From Catajapyx aquilonaris (Eukaryota), in contig KZ539090.1 in NCBI GenBank assembly GCA_000934665.2, forward strand, positions 1 through 35,340: DNA of 35,340 nt, written 5' to 3'. Within the stretch, counting starts at the first letter, position 1; every line of letters starts with the position of its first letter. Both the position numbers and the translations under genes were made by a program. Of this stretch, positions 11,951 through 23,785 are shown one piece after another. Below the pieces are notes generated by a model, which was not told the origin of the DNA, ran no database searches, and saw only the letters and a program-made list of their open reading frames with translations.

Positions 11951-12913
11951 AGATACAAACAGTTACATATATTTGGGGGGATTGCCACTATTATTATTAC
12001 TCACTTGTCAGCAGCCACTGTAGGCATTATAATCATCTTTCGAATGATGATTAATGCACATAGCAGCTGGATGAGTAATAATAATATAGTATATTGTGGA
12101 ACAATTTTCTTTTGAACATGTATACCTAGGAGTGAGATACCACAATTCTTAGAGGCACAGGGGAGTCCTGAGATTCGAATAAAAAGGACACAAAAATATT
12201 GTAAGTTATTTGCAGATTATGTCATTTTATTAGTTGACAATCCATGATATATATGCAAACTAATGTGAACTTACTAGACAATACTTGGCACAAAAAGTGT
12301 TTCAAATAATGAAATACAACAGAACCAAAATGATGATATTTGAAAACTTATAAACCATCACTATAGTTTAATTGGAACAATCAACAAACAGAAATGGTTA
12401 GACAATACAAGTATTAGTACTCATATGATGTACCTCATCCAAAACCCAAAATCCTCATCACATACATTTTATTTTAAGCCTTTGTACTTCCCATAGCGTG
12501 TTATATGCCTTTCCAAAATGGGGACTCCAATGTTTAACCGAAATCGAGAAGTTGCAAAATTTATAGATTAGGAAATATTATCTGTTACCAACTTATACAG
12601 CGGCCAACTTTTTAAGGCTAGAATATTCGGTACCGAGTAAAGTGAAATAATGCAGTAAATACAAAAATTATAATCAAACGCAAAACAATTACTGTAATGA
12701 TGATTTCCTTACCTCTATCGGGGTTGGTCTTCCCCCCCCGAAACGTATGTATTGTGGGATAATGAAAAAATATAATGAGCACCACCCACTCAAAAATCAC
12801 TCCAGCTGCAGAGCACAACTCCGAATCCTCGCCTTGCAGCACTTAGCATCACATCCCCTTTTACTGATCTGAATATCACAACCCTTTTTATCTGAACGAT
12901 GCACTAAATAATG

Positions 12914-13071
12914 TCATTCTGTTGATGCCTGTCCTGTAGCGTTGTTCTGATTTGATGATCCGTGTGGGCGGGGAGAGATCCTGTCTTTGAAGTGAAGGAG
13001 CCAGGATTTAATGTAGGTTTCTACATCCTTTTCTGTTGGATTCTTCACTTTTGCTTCCATCTTTGCAGACT
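12914..13071 (-). pseudogene. Orphan terminal exon resembling the C-terminus of a DUF4806-type accessory protein
   Basis: CTTTCCAG acceptor, then SAKMEAKVKNPTEKDVETYIKSWLLHFKDRISPRPHG..TE*. The T.K.VE..IK.WL.H..DR motif was recognised by eye. Confidence 0.55.
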
Positions 13072-15146
13072 CTGGAAAGCACAGTGTGCAAGGTTAGGCA
13101 GGCACTGCTATTGTGGCGTAGTGCGGACTTGGCCGTTGGGATCTGGCGGCAGCCGGCAAGGGTTTTCCCCTCTGAGAGAGACACGGATGGCAATTGGCCG
13201 TTGCTGATTCAAATTCAAAACCAAGGGCGGGGGCGGGGGTGGGGTTGGCGGGGTTAGGGTGGGGTACTCGCGGAACTGTGTGGAAAATATCGCTCAGGCA
13301 ATATGTTGGAGATAGGGCATTTCTAATTAGGTACCGATATCGATAAACTGCAGGAAAAGTTCGCCTTGGCGATGGAAAAGGAATGTGGCAAAGATTACAG
13401 GCTAGTGAGAAGGTAGTTAAGGCCATGTTAATAGCAATGATGATACCTTAGCGATTGATCACTGATAACATTGGTTTCGAGCTCCACATCAACCGAACTG
13501 GACCGCCTTGGCGATAGGGAGCGATAGAGCACAGATAACGTGTGGCAAGACGCACTAAATTGGCTGAAAATATTGCCCTTACGACATGCTGGAAATGGAT
13601 CACGGATGATGGTACGATTGGTACGGCGATTTCCACGACATGAACCATCAGGCAGAAACTGATGACGTCAGCACGTACATCATTTACATCAATCATGTGA
13701 CCAGATCGCCTGAGAGATTCTGGGGCGATATAGAACAAATGACAGGGTGTCGACAACCACCTGCAAAGAGAAACATCGCCGTAGCAATAGATTGGTGTTG
13801 GATCACAAATGACGGGGAGGTGAGCAGAAATAGACCGGTGAAATTTTCCCAGCATCGATAGTTCAATGATGGAACGCGGATAACAGCAATTAGATGTCCA
13901 GTCCCTCTGTAAACGATCGCGCTGGGGATATCCTGGCCATGGAACTAAGATAACGGAGAGGAGATATTCATGGCCGCACTGGCATAATGTCTGGGCGATA
14001 TCCTTTCCCTCTTGCTTTATAGATAATTCTCGGGCAGTGACTTGAAGGCATCAGGAAAATATATTCAGAGTCACATCAGTACGATGTTATCCTGGGATTA
14101 TCTCGCACATATTTTTAGGGCGTTATCGCGCATCGCCGCGGCGAAAGCTCGGCGATCATCATGAGACAATTCAGTGTTACTTGGGTTTACTGGGCCAAAA
14201 AAAACCAATGAATGTTCGTTCAAGACACTAGCGAGATATGCATGAGCAGTGTACCTTCAATTTCGATAATTTTTATCTCGACCAATTATGAATTGCCCAT
14301 CGACATTTTTACGGGATAATTAACATAAAGGACTATATATTTATGTAAGGGAAAAAGTAAAAATAAATAAAAATAGCGTTTTTGGAAAAGTAAATTTAAA
14401 GTTTAAAATTTAGCGTAAATTCTTAAAGATATTACATAAAAATATATTTGGTGGCCTACGTCTATTCCGTCAACATCTCCAATTATTTTAAGTCCCTATG
14501 TACATCTCTCTACGATCGATACTAAGGGAGATATCGTCACTTTTCGGATACCGCACAGCGCCAAAAACGATAAAATCGATAATCTTTCGTCGCCCGTTGT
14601 TCCGTTGCTAAATTTTTTTCCGATGAATGGCCTGGGCCACATTTGTTTGGGGTGGAGTACTTCGATTTAAAAAAGTCTGTACGAAATTCGAACTACCAAG
14701 GGCTAATATCGTGCCGAACTGACGTGGAATGAACCTATGGTGAAATCCAGCACACTAGGGATAAGATTTCAATGGTAACGCCAGACATGCCTGAGCGGGT
14801 TAAGCACAACACTGATTATTATCATATTTACATTTTCCGAGCGACAAATGGAGCCCATATCAAAACAAACTATGGTGAGTCCAAAACGTTAGACATTTCT
14901 GTCATTTTGCTCTTATACCACATGTTGTTAGTGTAGATGATATTGGTACAATCTTGTGAGAAGTAGGGGTCCCAATCACTTCTGGACCTTGTGCCCCAGG
15001 CATCAGGGTACAATGCTCCATTTGCATAGGGCAGCTTCTAAAAAAATTTAACGCCAAAGGGATGGTATTGCCTATGGATATATTAGTGGTGTATATTATC
15101 AATGAATACCTCCACCATGCCGGAAAATATTGGGCATGTAAATATA

Positions 15147-15684
15147 CTGTATTACCTCTCATAGAGGCCGACCAGTTTTTAGAAATTCATGATCTGGTGG
15201 CTACACCGGCATGCTGGTATAAGGCGAAGTATGCCGGTATAAGGCGAGGTTTTCACATAAGTTACATTATCCTTTCTGAACTTTACATTTGCGTGAAAAT
15301 CTAAATTCACGTAAAGGCTATCGAAAAGGCACATTTTCCTAATAGGGTACCCGTACCATATATGGTTTTAAAATGCAATGTCTGGCAATAATCTCTATTT
15401 AAACAGTATCTCAAAGCAGGCTAATGATGGGATTGGTCACACACTCTACATTTTTATATGCACTGTGCAATAGAACTGGCATATTTTCACAGCCTGTACA
15501 CTCGCCCATTTTCATTGTAACATTATTTTAGTACTGTACCAGAAGCATTCAAAAATATTTGGCAGGGATCGAAATTACGGAAATCTACCTCTGCTATTGT
15601 GGCATGCCGGCCACCCAGGGTTATACCGCCATGCTGGTCGACCTCGTTTTATACCTGCATACCGCTTTATGAGAGGTAATACGG
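15147..15684. mobile_element. pogo/Tc2-like MITE
   Basis: TIR C(T/C)GTATTACCTCTCATA (16/17 match) with TA on both sides. Confidence 0.8.
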
Positions 15685-16256
15685 TAATAGGAACTCTTAT
15701 AAAAATGCAAATGTGCAAAAGTGGACCACTGGGCCCCGGTCTCCCCTACCTCTTGTTTTACTGAAAGTCACACCTCAAAACTTTTTACCTTTCACCTGTG
15801 CTGCTAGAGGCATCAAGATGGCAAATAATGGCAATGTTGAATTGCCAGTACCCTGGCATGTGCACATTATAAATGCTTGCATGCTTTTGCACTTCACTAA
15901 TCAGCAGTACATTTGAATATGGCACTCACTCAGTTCCGCTACCTTGCTTGCAAGCGAGTGCCCCATCAGAAATGTTTTGAGTGATTGTTCTGTCCTTGGG
16001 CCCAAAACTAAAGGACTTAAACCAAAATTCCATCCAAGGAACTTTTCTGAAAACTACTAAGACAAAAACTGAAGGCCAGGACTAGGGATGGTGTGGCCCA
16101 TGCTCATTGGTGGATCTTGAAGACTAATCCTAAAATCACCCACGTGTATCACTAAATCATTTGATGGGTTTTCTCCATGTTTGCATAGTTGTCGTTTTGA
16201 TGATGATAATGATGAAGTTGTTATAAATTGCATGCTAATTTTTGTCATTTTTTCAG

Positions 16257-16369
16257 GCTGCTATTAACTCAGGTCATTGCCACAGGATCTATCTCACGAG
16301 AATTCTTATGGAATTTGAATGTGACGTGTTCTTTCCACAAGAACAAATGGAACATTTCAAAGTGATTAG
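16257..16369 (+). CDS. DHFR: Dihydrofolate reductase exon 4
   Basis: AAINSGHCHRIYLTRILMEFECDVFFPQEQMEHFKVI (YLTRI..FECDVFFP motif); TTTTTCAG acceptor, AG|GTGAGT donor, phases 0/2. Confidence 0.96.
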
Positions 16370-16907
16370 GTGAGTGTTTCAACTTGGAAAGCCTCCACCT
16401 TAATTTTCCATAAAGAATGCCTATATAGGAAGTCAAGGTGGAGGAATTTTATAATGATCCCACTCACACCAAGGTCTGTATGTGTGGGCTGTACTGCAGT
16501 CTCTGTTGCCTGGTGTTCCAACCTAATATTTCCCTTTCTGCAATGTTCAATGTGTCGCACTAATTATTGAGTCAGATTGCCAGTAATAACTAAGCCATGG
16601 ACATGTGCACCACAATTCTGCATTTTGACAGGTACAATGTTGAAACTGGAGAGGCAAATCATAATAATTTAAATTAAGTTCGAAAATGTATTTCTTTTTG
16701 AGTGCTACCCTCCTAAATGAATTAGATGCTCTTATTGTAGGCAAAAGGAGATGATCCTTTTATTTTTTTTCCTCTGTTAGGCTCAAACCCAGAAAACGCT
16801 CATCGAGCGAAAAAAACAACCACACATAGGTCTGGCTGTTTTCAAACTATCCAGACCTAGGTGTGGACGTTTTAAAACAGCCAAAACTAGATGTGGTCCT
16901 TTTAGAC

Positions 16908-17296
16908 CAGGGGTAGGCAAACTTTTTTCTCCATGGCCCGCATAAAAGATTTTTCAAAAATGACGGCCGCATCTACACCAAAGAAATTTCAACTTATAAA
17001 AAAGTTTACAAGTATATATATCCATCGTTTTAAATGAACTTCCATTAATTGCATAAAGTATCATTAAATGCTCTGAAAATCGATAAAATTAGCTAAATAT
17101 ATAAATGAAAATGGCCTATATAAATTTAAAAACAATATTTGTGTGAATTTAAAAAATTAAAAAGAAAGGCACAGGCATAAAATTTTGCAATTTTCCATTT
17201 TCAACATTTTCAGGAATACAGATATTTTTGCGCGGGCCGCACATATTGTCTTCGCGGGCCGGATCTGGCCCGCAGGCCATAGTTTGCCCACATCTG
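16908..17296. mobile_element. hAT (Charlie-like) MITE
   Basis: CAGGGGTAGGCAAAC / GTTTGCCCACATCTG, GCGGGCCG subterminal motifs, flanks TTTTAGAC/ATTTAGAG (6/8). Confidence 0.75.
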
Positions 17297-17505
17297 ATTT
17301 AGAGAGAGCAAGGAGCCGTTTTGGACTAAACTGAAATGCCACTAAGGACTAAGCGAATTTCGTGTTCAGCAAATGAAAGAACTCGCTGTGGCAGTTTCTG
17401 GTTTCCCAGTATGCGATATTGCGATGTAGCTAGATGCTGTAAAATAAAACTCCCTATTGTTGTGTGGCAAATGATTTAAATAATTATCATTTTATGGCCT
17501 TATTA

Positions 17506-17863
17506 TTTATTTTTTTATTTTTTTTATTTTTTATTTTTTTGTTGTACCCCGTTATCTGGCCGATAGGTCATTTCTAGGGGGGTGGATTACCACCATTTGG
17601 GGTTTGGAGCGATGTACATGGATATACTTAATTGCTCCAAGGGTAATTAGGAGGGGATGTGCAAAGTGCAAGTGCGCTGTCGTTAATTGGTCATTTTTGT
17701 GAACTCCCCCGGGTGGCTTAGTCTATCGGAAATTGCCACCCGAAACGAAGCCAGAGATGGCCCAACTCTGCACGAAAGAAGGTGGGAACCCCGGGTGGGG
17801 ATTGAACCCGGGACCTTAACTTCCGTGAGCGCACGCGTTACCGCGGCGCCACTCCGTCTCCCC
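17506..17863 (-). mobile_element. tRNA-derived SINE, head type B
   Basis: Colinear with 34878-35222 and inverted relative to 7217-7440; T-rich tail on +. Confidence 0.85.
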
Positions 17864-18079
17864 TCTTATTATTTTATTAACATTAATGCATGTTCTTACA
17901 GGAACTGTTACCCCATTTTTTTACAATTGAAGACGTCAGTTGGCAAAGGGCCCAACTCCATGAGTTGAAATTTTTCAGGAGACTAAAAAACAGCATAGGC
18001 CTATATGCGTAATTGCTCCATTTAGAGCAGCGCTTCCCAAACTGTGAGTCGTGACCCATTTGGGGTCGGGAACATAATG

Positions 18080-19143
18080 CGAGGGCTATTTACTAAGTAA
18101 GTTCCGATGGACTGTGAAATAAAAACAAGAATACCGAAGCAGTTTGGAGTAGGGGATATGGTGTGATCGGGAGGTCCTGGGATCAAATCCCGGGGCCGGC
18201 AACTCTGACCGTGGTTTTCTGTGGTTTCCCACGGTCCTTCCAGGAAAATTCCGGAGTTGTTTCCGCAATTAATAGGACACAGCCGCTTCCTTCCGTCCCT
18301 ATCCTATCCCAAAAAGCACAGTAAAATGAAAGAAAAGAGTTCCAGGCAAAACAAAAACTTCCCCCCTAAAGAGCTGATAGGCTGATAATGGGGTGTGAAT
18401 TATTATTATTATTATAGAAACAAGAGCTATGAAAAAAAATTAGTACTTACAAAAGTCAGCTACATTCTTATGCTATTTTTCCACATAGTTACCATCCTGA
18501 TTGAATCACTTGTCATAACGCGGCACCATTTTTTGTATGCCAGTCTCATAGAAGGTTGCCGCCTGGCTACTGAGCCAACCTATCACTCTCTTTTTCAGCT
18601 CATCCACAGTTCTTAACCTACTATTCACAGCGATTGTGATAGCCCAGCTTTCCTGTCACAATGTAATAAAGAGATGACCTTGAAATGTGGGGGGGAAAAC
18701 CATCAGACAGGTCTGATATATTGTGACCCAAGGCTCCTAAACCACATTGTTGACTTTTCAACAACATCGTCAGTCACCACAGATTTTCTCCTTTGACCTT
18801 CCTCATCATGGACGTCAATTCACCCTTCTTGAAATTCCAACACAGCAATGTTACTCATGCACTTTACTCCATACCCATTCATGATCTCGTATGTATTTCG
18901 GCTCCGTTGTGTCATTTAGCATGGAGAAATCAAATTACAGAGAGAACGTATCATTTGGCGAGAGCGTCGATTGTGTTAGGGTTACAAAAGATGGTGCCAG
19001 GCTATGACAAGTGATTCAATCAAGAAGGTGACTATGTGGAGAGGTAGCATAAGAATGACTCACTTTTGTGAGTATTAAAAAAATTTCATTACTCTCGTTT
19101 TTATTTCACAGTTCATCGGAACTTAATTAAATAATAGCCCTCG
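18080..19143. mobile_element. Mariner-derived MITE with long TIRs
   Basis: CGAGGGCTATT..AAGTTCCGATG.ACTGTGAAATAAAAAC at both ends; both arms carry the mariner C-terminal remnant KMVP(R/G)YDK*FNQ.G.YVE. Confidence 0.8.
18133..18415 (+). mobile_element. tRNA-derived SINE, head type A
   Basis: Matches 6290-6574; (ATT)n tail; AAACAAGA repeated on both flanks. Confidence 0.85.
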
Positions 19144-19754
19144 TATTTGGGGTTGCGAGGAAGGGTATCAAATTATTTTTTCCAAATAATTATAGCTCTC
19201 TGGAAAAATATGCCTGTAAATGACAAGACATGTTAATTTAGCAACTATTGTCAATGACTACCACTGAGGGGGGTATGGTTGAATAGGAAATTATAGGTCG
19301 CGAATTTTATGAGACAATTTTCTGGGGTCACCAACGAAAAAGATTGGGAAGCCCTGATTTACAGTTTTGTGGTTTATTATGCTAATAGGGCACCAATGTA
19401 CACATCTAGTGACAGACATAATCTACTAGAAAGCAATAGGTCGGATCCTATTGAAGGTCAAAATCAGTGGAGTTGGGCAACTGAACTCCTGCAGCAGAGG
19501 TCCATGGTGCAAATTTTAGTGGTACAGTCATGCCTGTACATCTGAAACCATCACATTCATAAAGTAGTACTACAAAGAAAGGTGTGACCGTGTGACCAAT
19601 TTTATTTCCATCCTATGTTAATTTTATTACTAACATCAAATATGATCTACGTACTGGCAGTTGCCAACAGGCCCAACTCCAAGAGTAGGGATCCGCTATA
19701 AAATGGTTTTTCAAAATTTTGGGAGTTGGGCCCTTTGGTAACTGACCAATTGTA

Positions 19755-20257
19755 AACAAGATGGGCAAATCATACAAGCATGGTTCAATGCGACTTTTTC
19801 TAATTCTGTAAAGTATGAGCATGTGAATCGATATATCGATACCGAGATATCGTAGCCTAGGCAGCGTATCGATGCCAGTATCAGCCTGGGCGATAACAAC
19901 ATGGCAGCCGAGGACACTCATCACGAACATGTCCAACGTCAGGAATTAATTCCACTGCCCCTGTGCCAGAGCGCCAGGTAAAACACTGGGTAAATCTCAG
20001 ACACACATGGTCAGAAATCCACGGAAACTAATCCAACGATACCCCGCCCGGGTAAAGTGGACTTGGTACGGATAGAGTTAACCCGGAAAACCGGGTCACC
20101 GGAAGTTGATCATGAAACCTATTTAGGTCATGCTTAATCCGAATCTGAAAACAGTTTGTCACTATCTATTGCGGTTTAGGCCCTGATACGTGGTCACAGA
20201 CAGACAGATGGACATAGCTGTTCTGTATGACTTTTTCCGATGAGAAAAAGTCTAAAA
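19755..20257 (+). mobile_element. Helentron-associated (HINE/DINE-1-like) element
   Basis: Starts AACAAG in an A-run; GACTTTTTC at 19792; (CAGA)n followed by GGACATAGCT; 3' hairpin GACTTTTTC/GAAAAAGTC (20229-20252), then an A-run. Interrupts the host TIR without a TSD. Confidence 0.65.
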
Positions 20258-21490
20258 ATAGGGCATCAGTTCCTGTAATAAGATGATTATTGTTAAAAAA
20301 GGTAACAGTTCCTGTATGAACATGCATTAATGTTATTAAATGAGGTCATAAAATGTTAATTATTTCAATCATTTTCCAAACAACAATGGGGTGTTTTATT
20401 TTACAGCATCTACATCGTGTAGTGGGAAACCAGAGACTGACACAAGTTCTTTCCGTTTGCTGAACACGAAATTCGCTTAGTGGCATTTCAGTTTAGTCCA
20501 AAACGGCTCCTTGCTCTGTCTAAAAGGACCGCACCTAGTTTTGGCTGTTTTAAAATGTCTAGGTCTGGATGGTTTGAAAATGACCAGACCTAGGTGTGGT
20601 CATCCTTTTTTGCTCAATGAGAATTTTCGGGGTTTTAGCCTAACATCTACACTGTATTCCCGATTATCCAGGTGTGGATTAGTAGTTCATCACCAAAAAA
20701 TAAAGTTAAAAATAAAAGTACTAAAAAATGTCAATACATCTAGAAACCAAAGAAATATATATATTTTTAGAAGACAAACTAAAAGTGAGATTCCAAAGTC
20801 TCGTAAGTCCATTGTCATGAAAAATGAGCTGATTACATCTATTGGTAGCTTATGGTACTCCCCACCTCCTCCCGAGGTCAGAACACACCAAATGTCCCTA
20901 ACCTTAAGTGCAGAATTTGGAGAGCTTCGTCAAATACCATATAAGCCCATGTTATGGATGCCAACAAAAGCTCAAATTTCTCAAAACAACAAAAATGGAC
21001 TTTTGAGCCTCTTCATTTTTTATTAAACTTTATTTAAAGAAGCATACAGTTTGTACAGTATTTCATCAGAAACTTCTGAGTAGCTCATTTTTACAGTTTA
21101 TAGGACCATTTTCGCATTATCTGTGTGTTCTGATTATCTGAGCACATCCATGCATTCATTACCATGGATAATTGGGAGTACAGTGTATCTGGTTTAATCA
21201 GGCATTGAAAACTCACCTGAAGTAGATCAGTGGCCACAACTCAAGTTCCGTCAGATTTCGAAATTGAGTCCAGACATGATTAGTCACACAGCAGGACCAA
21301 AATTATACTGTAACTCACAATGGGGGTCATATACTGAGGCATGTACGGTATGCTGCCATGTGTTTTCATAAGTTGCTGCTGGTGAGAAACAGAAAATCGT
21401 CTGATTAGGGACCTTGGCCTTTTGGACCACCTATCTTATTACTTTTAACTTCGTTATGCTGACATTAATAATTGCATACTTTATTTCTAG

Positions 21491-21572
21491 GGATGAAAAT
21501 GTACCTAATGGGATACAGGTGGAAAATGGAATTGAGTACAAGTATGAAGTTTATGAAAAATTCATTTTGTGA
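21491..21572 (+). CDS. DHFR: Dihydrofolate reductase exon 5 (terminal)
   Basis: DENVPNGIQVENGIEYKYEVYEKFIL* (ENGI.YK.EVYEK motif); TTTCTAG acceptor, phase 2. Total CDS 567 nt. Confidence 0.96.
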
Positions 21573-21980
21573 TACTGACTGAAGGGAGTTTTTTTTCTTC
21601 ACCTGCAGCAAGCATAAGACTAGCATGACTCTGGGCCAGCCCCCTGCGACTCCCTCTCCTTTTGCGTGAGTTTAGTTGATCTCCACCACCCTCGTTTTGG
21701 CACTGCCATCGCTCCATGGTCACCAAGGAGCACTCAGATGGTGGGCGGGTCTGCAAATGTACTGTGGACCCAGCTGGAATGGAAAAGATGGTTTGGGTTT
21801 GTTCAGAAGGCGTCCGCCTGAATCCGACTTGGTGATCGTGTGCCAAATTAAGTGTGGTGGCGGTCAACTAAGCTCCCATCCATCTCCATAAGGCTGGGGT
21901 AGGAGTTGCAGGGGGCTGCTCTGGGCTATTTGACTTTCCTGCTGTTATTTTCTTTGTAACAATAGGTACTATTCCACTTA

Positions 21981-21986
21981 AATAAA
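21981..21986 (+). terminator. Candidate DHFR polyadenylation signal
   Basis: First AATAAA noted downstream of the stop, about 410 nt after it. Confidence 0.45.
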
Positions 21987-22423
21987 CAAACTTGTGAAGA
22001 GAAAACCTTTATTGCTAGCACCTTATAAAAATAACAGACTTACATAGCTGAAATAGAGTGGTTTTTAAACTATAGGGAACCAGTTGCCAAAACTAGGCAA
22101 AACTGCCCAGGGCCCCGACTTTCCACGTAGCACAATATCCCTCACATAAATGGCTCATCTCTCTGTGCACGCTACTGCCACTCTCAGGGTTGTGTGAGGG
22201 GAAGTGGCCCTACATGCACCCAGCTGAGCACAAATGATGACTCACTCCAGACAATCGGAGGCACAGATTGAACCAAATACTACTTGCCCAAGCCCAAAAG
22301 AATATTGGCTCACCCCCAAAAATAGAGGAATGGTGGGGTAAATCTTAATGAATAAATCAGGGTAAAAATTCGTCATTGAGATGGTTTTATAATATGGAAG
22401 AAGCACGATATTTCCCATGTACT

Positions 22424-22635
22424 ATTTGGAATTTATTGGACCGACCAAGCCATTAAGGCCCAACAGCCCATTCACTCAACATTTACAACAAAATTAATAC
22501 AGAACAAAACATCAACTTGGCATGCCAGAAGCATCGGCCGCATGGCCGCCTCCACATTTGGCTGCCACCAATCATCCAGACCACACCAGTCATCAGTCCG
22601 TCATAAGCTCAGATCACCAATCAACAGTCCATCAT
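22424..22635 (-). mobile_element. 5'-truncated non-LTR retroelement 3' end
   Basis: Exact 16-bp TSD ATATTTCCCATGTACT (22408-22423, 22636-22651); minus-strand AATAAA next to the left boundary. Confidence 0.65.
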
Positions 22636-23104
22636 ATATTTCCCATGTACTGTAGCATATAACCTGTTAGGGGAAACCAGACGACCTATTGGGATCTTTA
22701 TAAATGGCAACACTGGAGAATCACCTTTGGCAACTATTGAACTGTTGGTGATTGTTATAGCTATTATACCAGTGACAATTGCTGTGCATGGGGTATGTGG
22801 TGTGTAACTGTGACTCTGGTGTAGTAGGGTAGACCAGGGCTAGATAGCTCACTTTTTACATTTCATTTTTTTCTGAGACCAGTTAAGACTTATTCACTGT
22901 AGTTTTTATACTGAAAAATGCTTCAGACATTTGAGAATATATGTGATATTTTCGCATGGTTCCATTTTAGATATGCTATCCACTAGAAATTATTTAAAAG
23001 GTCTCCGTACGTGTGCACGATGGCACAGTAATATAAGGCTAAGGTATGGCTTATGAAATAATATGAAAATCACTTCCACACGCATCATCGATTCATATCC
23101 AGAT

Positions 23105-23566
23105 CAATGGCAGCGGAACGTACTTCTATTTGGGGGGGGGGGGGGGGGGGGGNNNNNNNNNNNNNNNNNNNCCCCCCCCCCCCCCCCCCCCAGACGTGGC
23201 TGCTTCTGGTTTTCTACTCCGCGATGTAGGCTAGTAATAACCTTATTGTTGTTTGGCAAATTGGTGAAAGGAAGGGCAGAAATGATTTTTTGAGCGCCTG
23301 AACAGCCCCTGGGCGGAAAGATGTGATGATTAGGGGGTGATAGATGGAGACCTTTGAGTAGGTGTACCCCTGCTCGATGAGTGTTTCCGTTCAGTACAGC
23401 ATCTGGGACAGTTCCAAAGACTATGTTGGTTACATGATGGTGTGAGTTTTGTATGAAACAAGGCTGCACAATAGCGCGGCCGTTAGAAAAAATCGCGGTT
23501 AGAATGAAATCTGAGGTGATACGCTCGGTGCTGCCACCTGCCTGCTCCCCCGTTCCGCCGGGCCTG
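23105..23566. mobile_element. hAT-like MITE spanning the assembly gap
   Basis: CAATGGCAGCGGAACG / CGTTCCGCCGGGCCTG; flanks ATCCAGAT/ATCCATAT (7/8). Confidence 0.6.
23153..23171. other. Assembly gap (19 N) between poly-G and poly-C runs
   Basis: Directly visible; a further single N at 23650. Confidence 0.99.
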
Positions 23567-23785
23567 ATCCATATAGTTACAAGAGATTACCAAGATGTTA
23601 CAAAGATATTCAGAACTTTTTGCCTGCAGGATAACATAGCGTGGGGGGGNGGGGGGGACTTTATTGGATGATGTTTCTGTCAAGGGCTGGATGGATCATT
23701 GTTTGTTTCGGTACACATCTTGGTACACATGCCACACATTACACATTATGACAGAAATTCAGTCCTTTGTTGGCGCTCCCTGGTT

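Larger units (their letters stand above)
11363..14185. mobile_element. Non-autonomous EnSpm/CACTA-like element (CCC termini)
   Basis: Perfect 12-bp TIR CCCAAGTAACAC; 2-bp TSD TT, inferred from the intact opposite arm; many GGGCGAT/ATCGCC subterminal motifs. Confidence 0.75.
8621..14735. mobile_element. Outer palindromic Sola2-like MITE with two nested insertions
   Basis: Termini GGGTCATTCCAC / GTGGAATGAACC, flanks TATC/TATG. 10580-11115 is inverted at 14186-14721, and 11116-11230 at about 11245-11362. Confidence 0.8.
8180..14900. mobile_element. Tc1/mariner-derived host element split by the Sola-like nest
   Basis: Left end TA|CAGGGTGATCGAAAA, also seen inverted near 180 and 6712. About 8305-8405 is inverted at about 14757-14865 and reads as a degenerate transposase C-terminus (VTPDM..RATNGAHI). 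Right terminus missing. Confidence 0.55.
18028..19356. mobile_element. hAT MITE interrupted by a mariner
   Basis: CAGCGCTTCCCAA / TTGGGAAGCCCTG; 8-bp TSD ATTTAGAG/ATTTACAG (7/8). Confidence 0.75.
16780..20640. mobile_element. Large PIF/Harbinger-like MITE with long TIRs, host to several insertions
   Basis: TTA|GGCTCAAACCC ... GGGTTTTAGCC|TAA. Left-arm pieces 16780-16907, 17305-17500 and 17870-17960 match the reverse complement of 20640-20290 and 19720-19755. Confidence 0.75.

Noticed and set aside
20511..21026. 171-aa ORF in DHFR intron 4
   Set aside because: TTG start inside a MITE arm, crosses the element boundary and has no domain signature.
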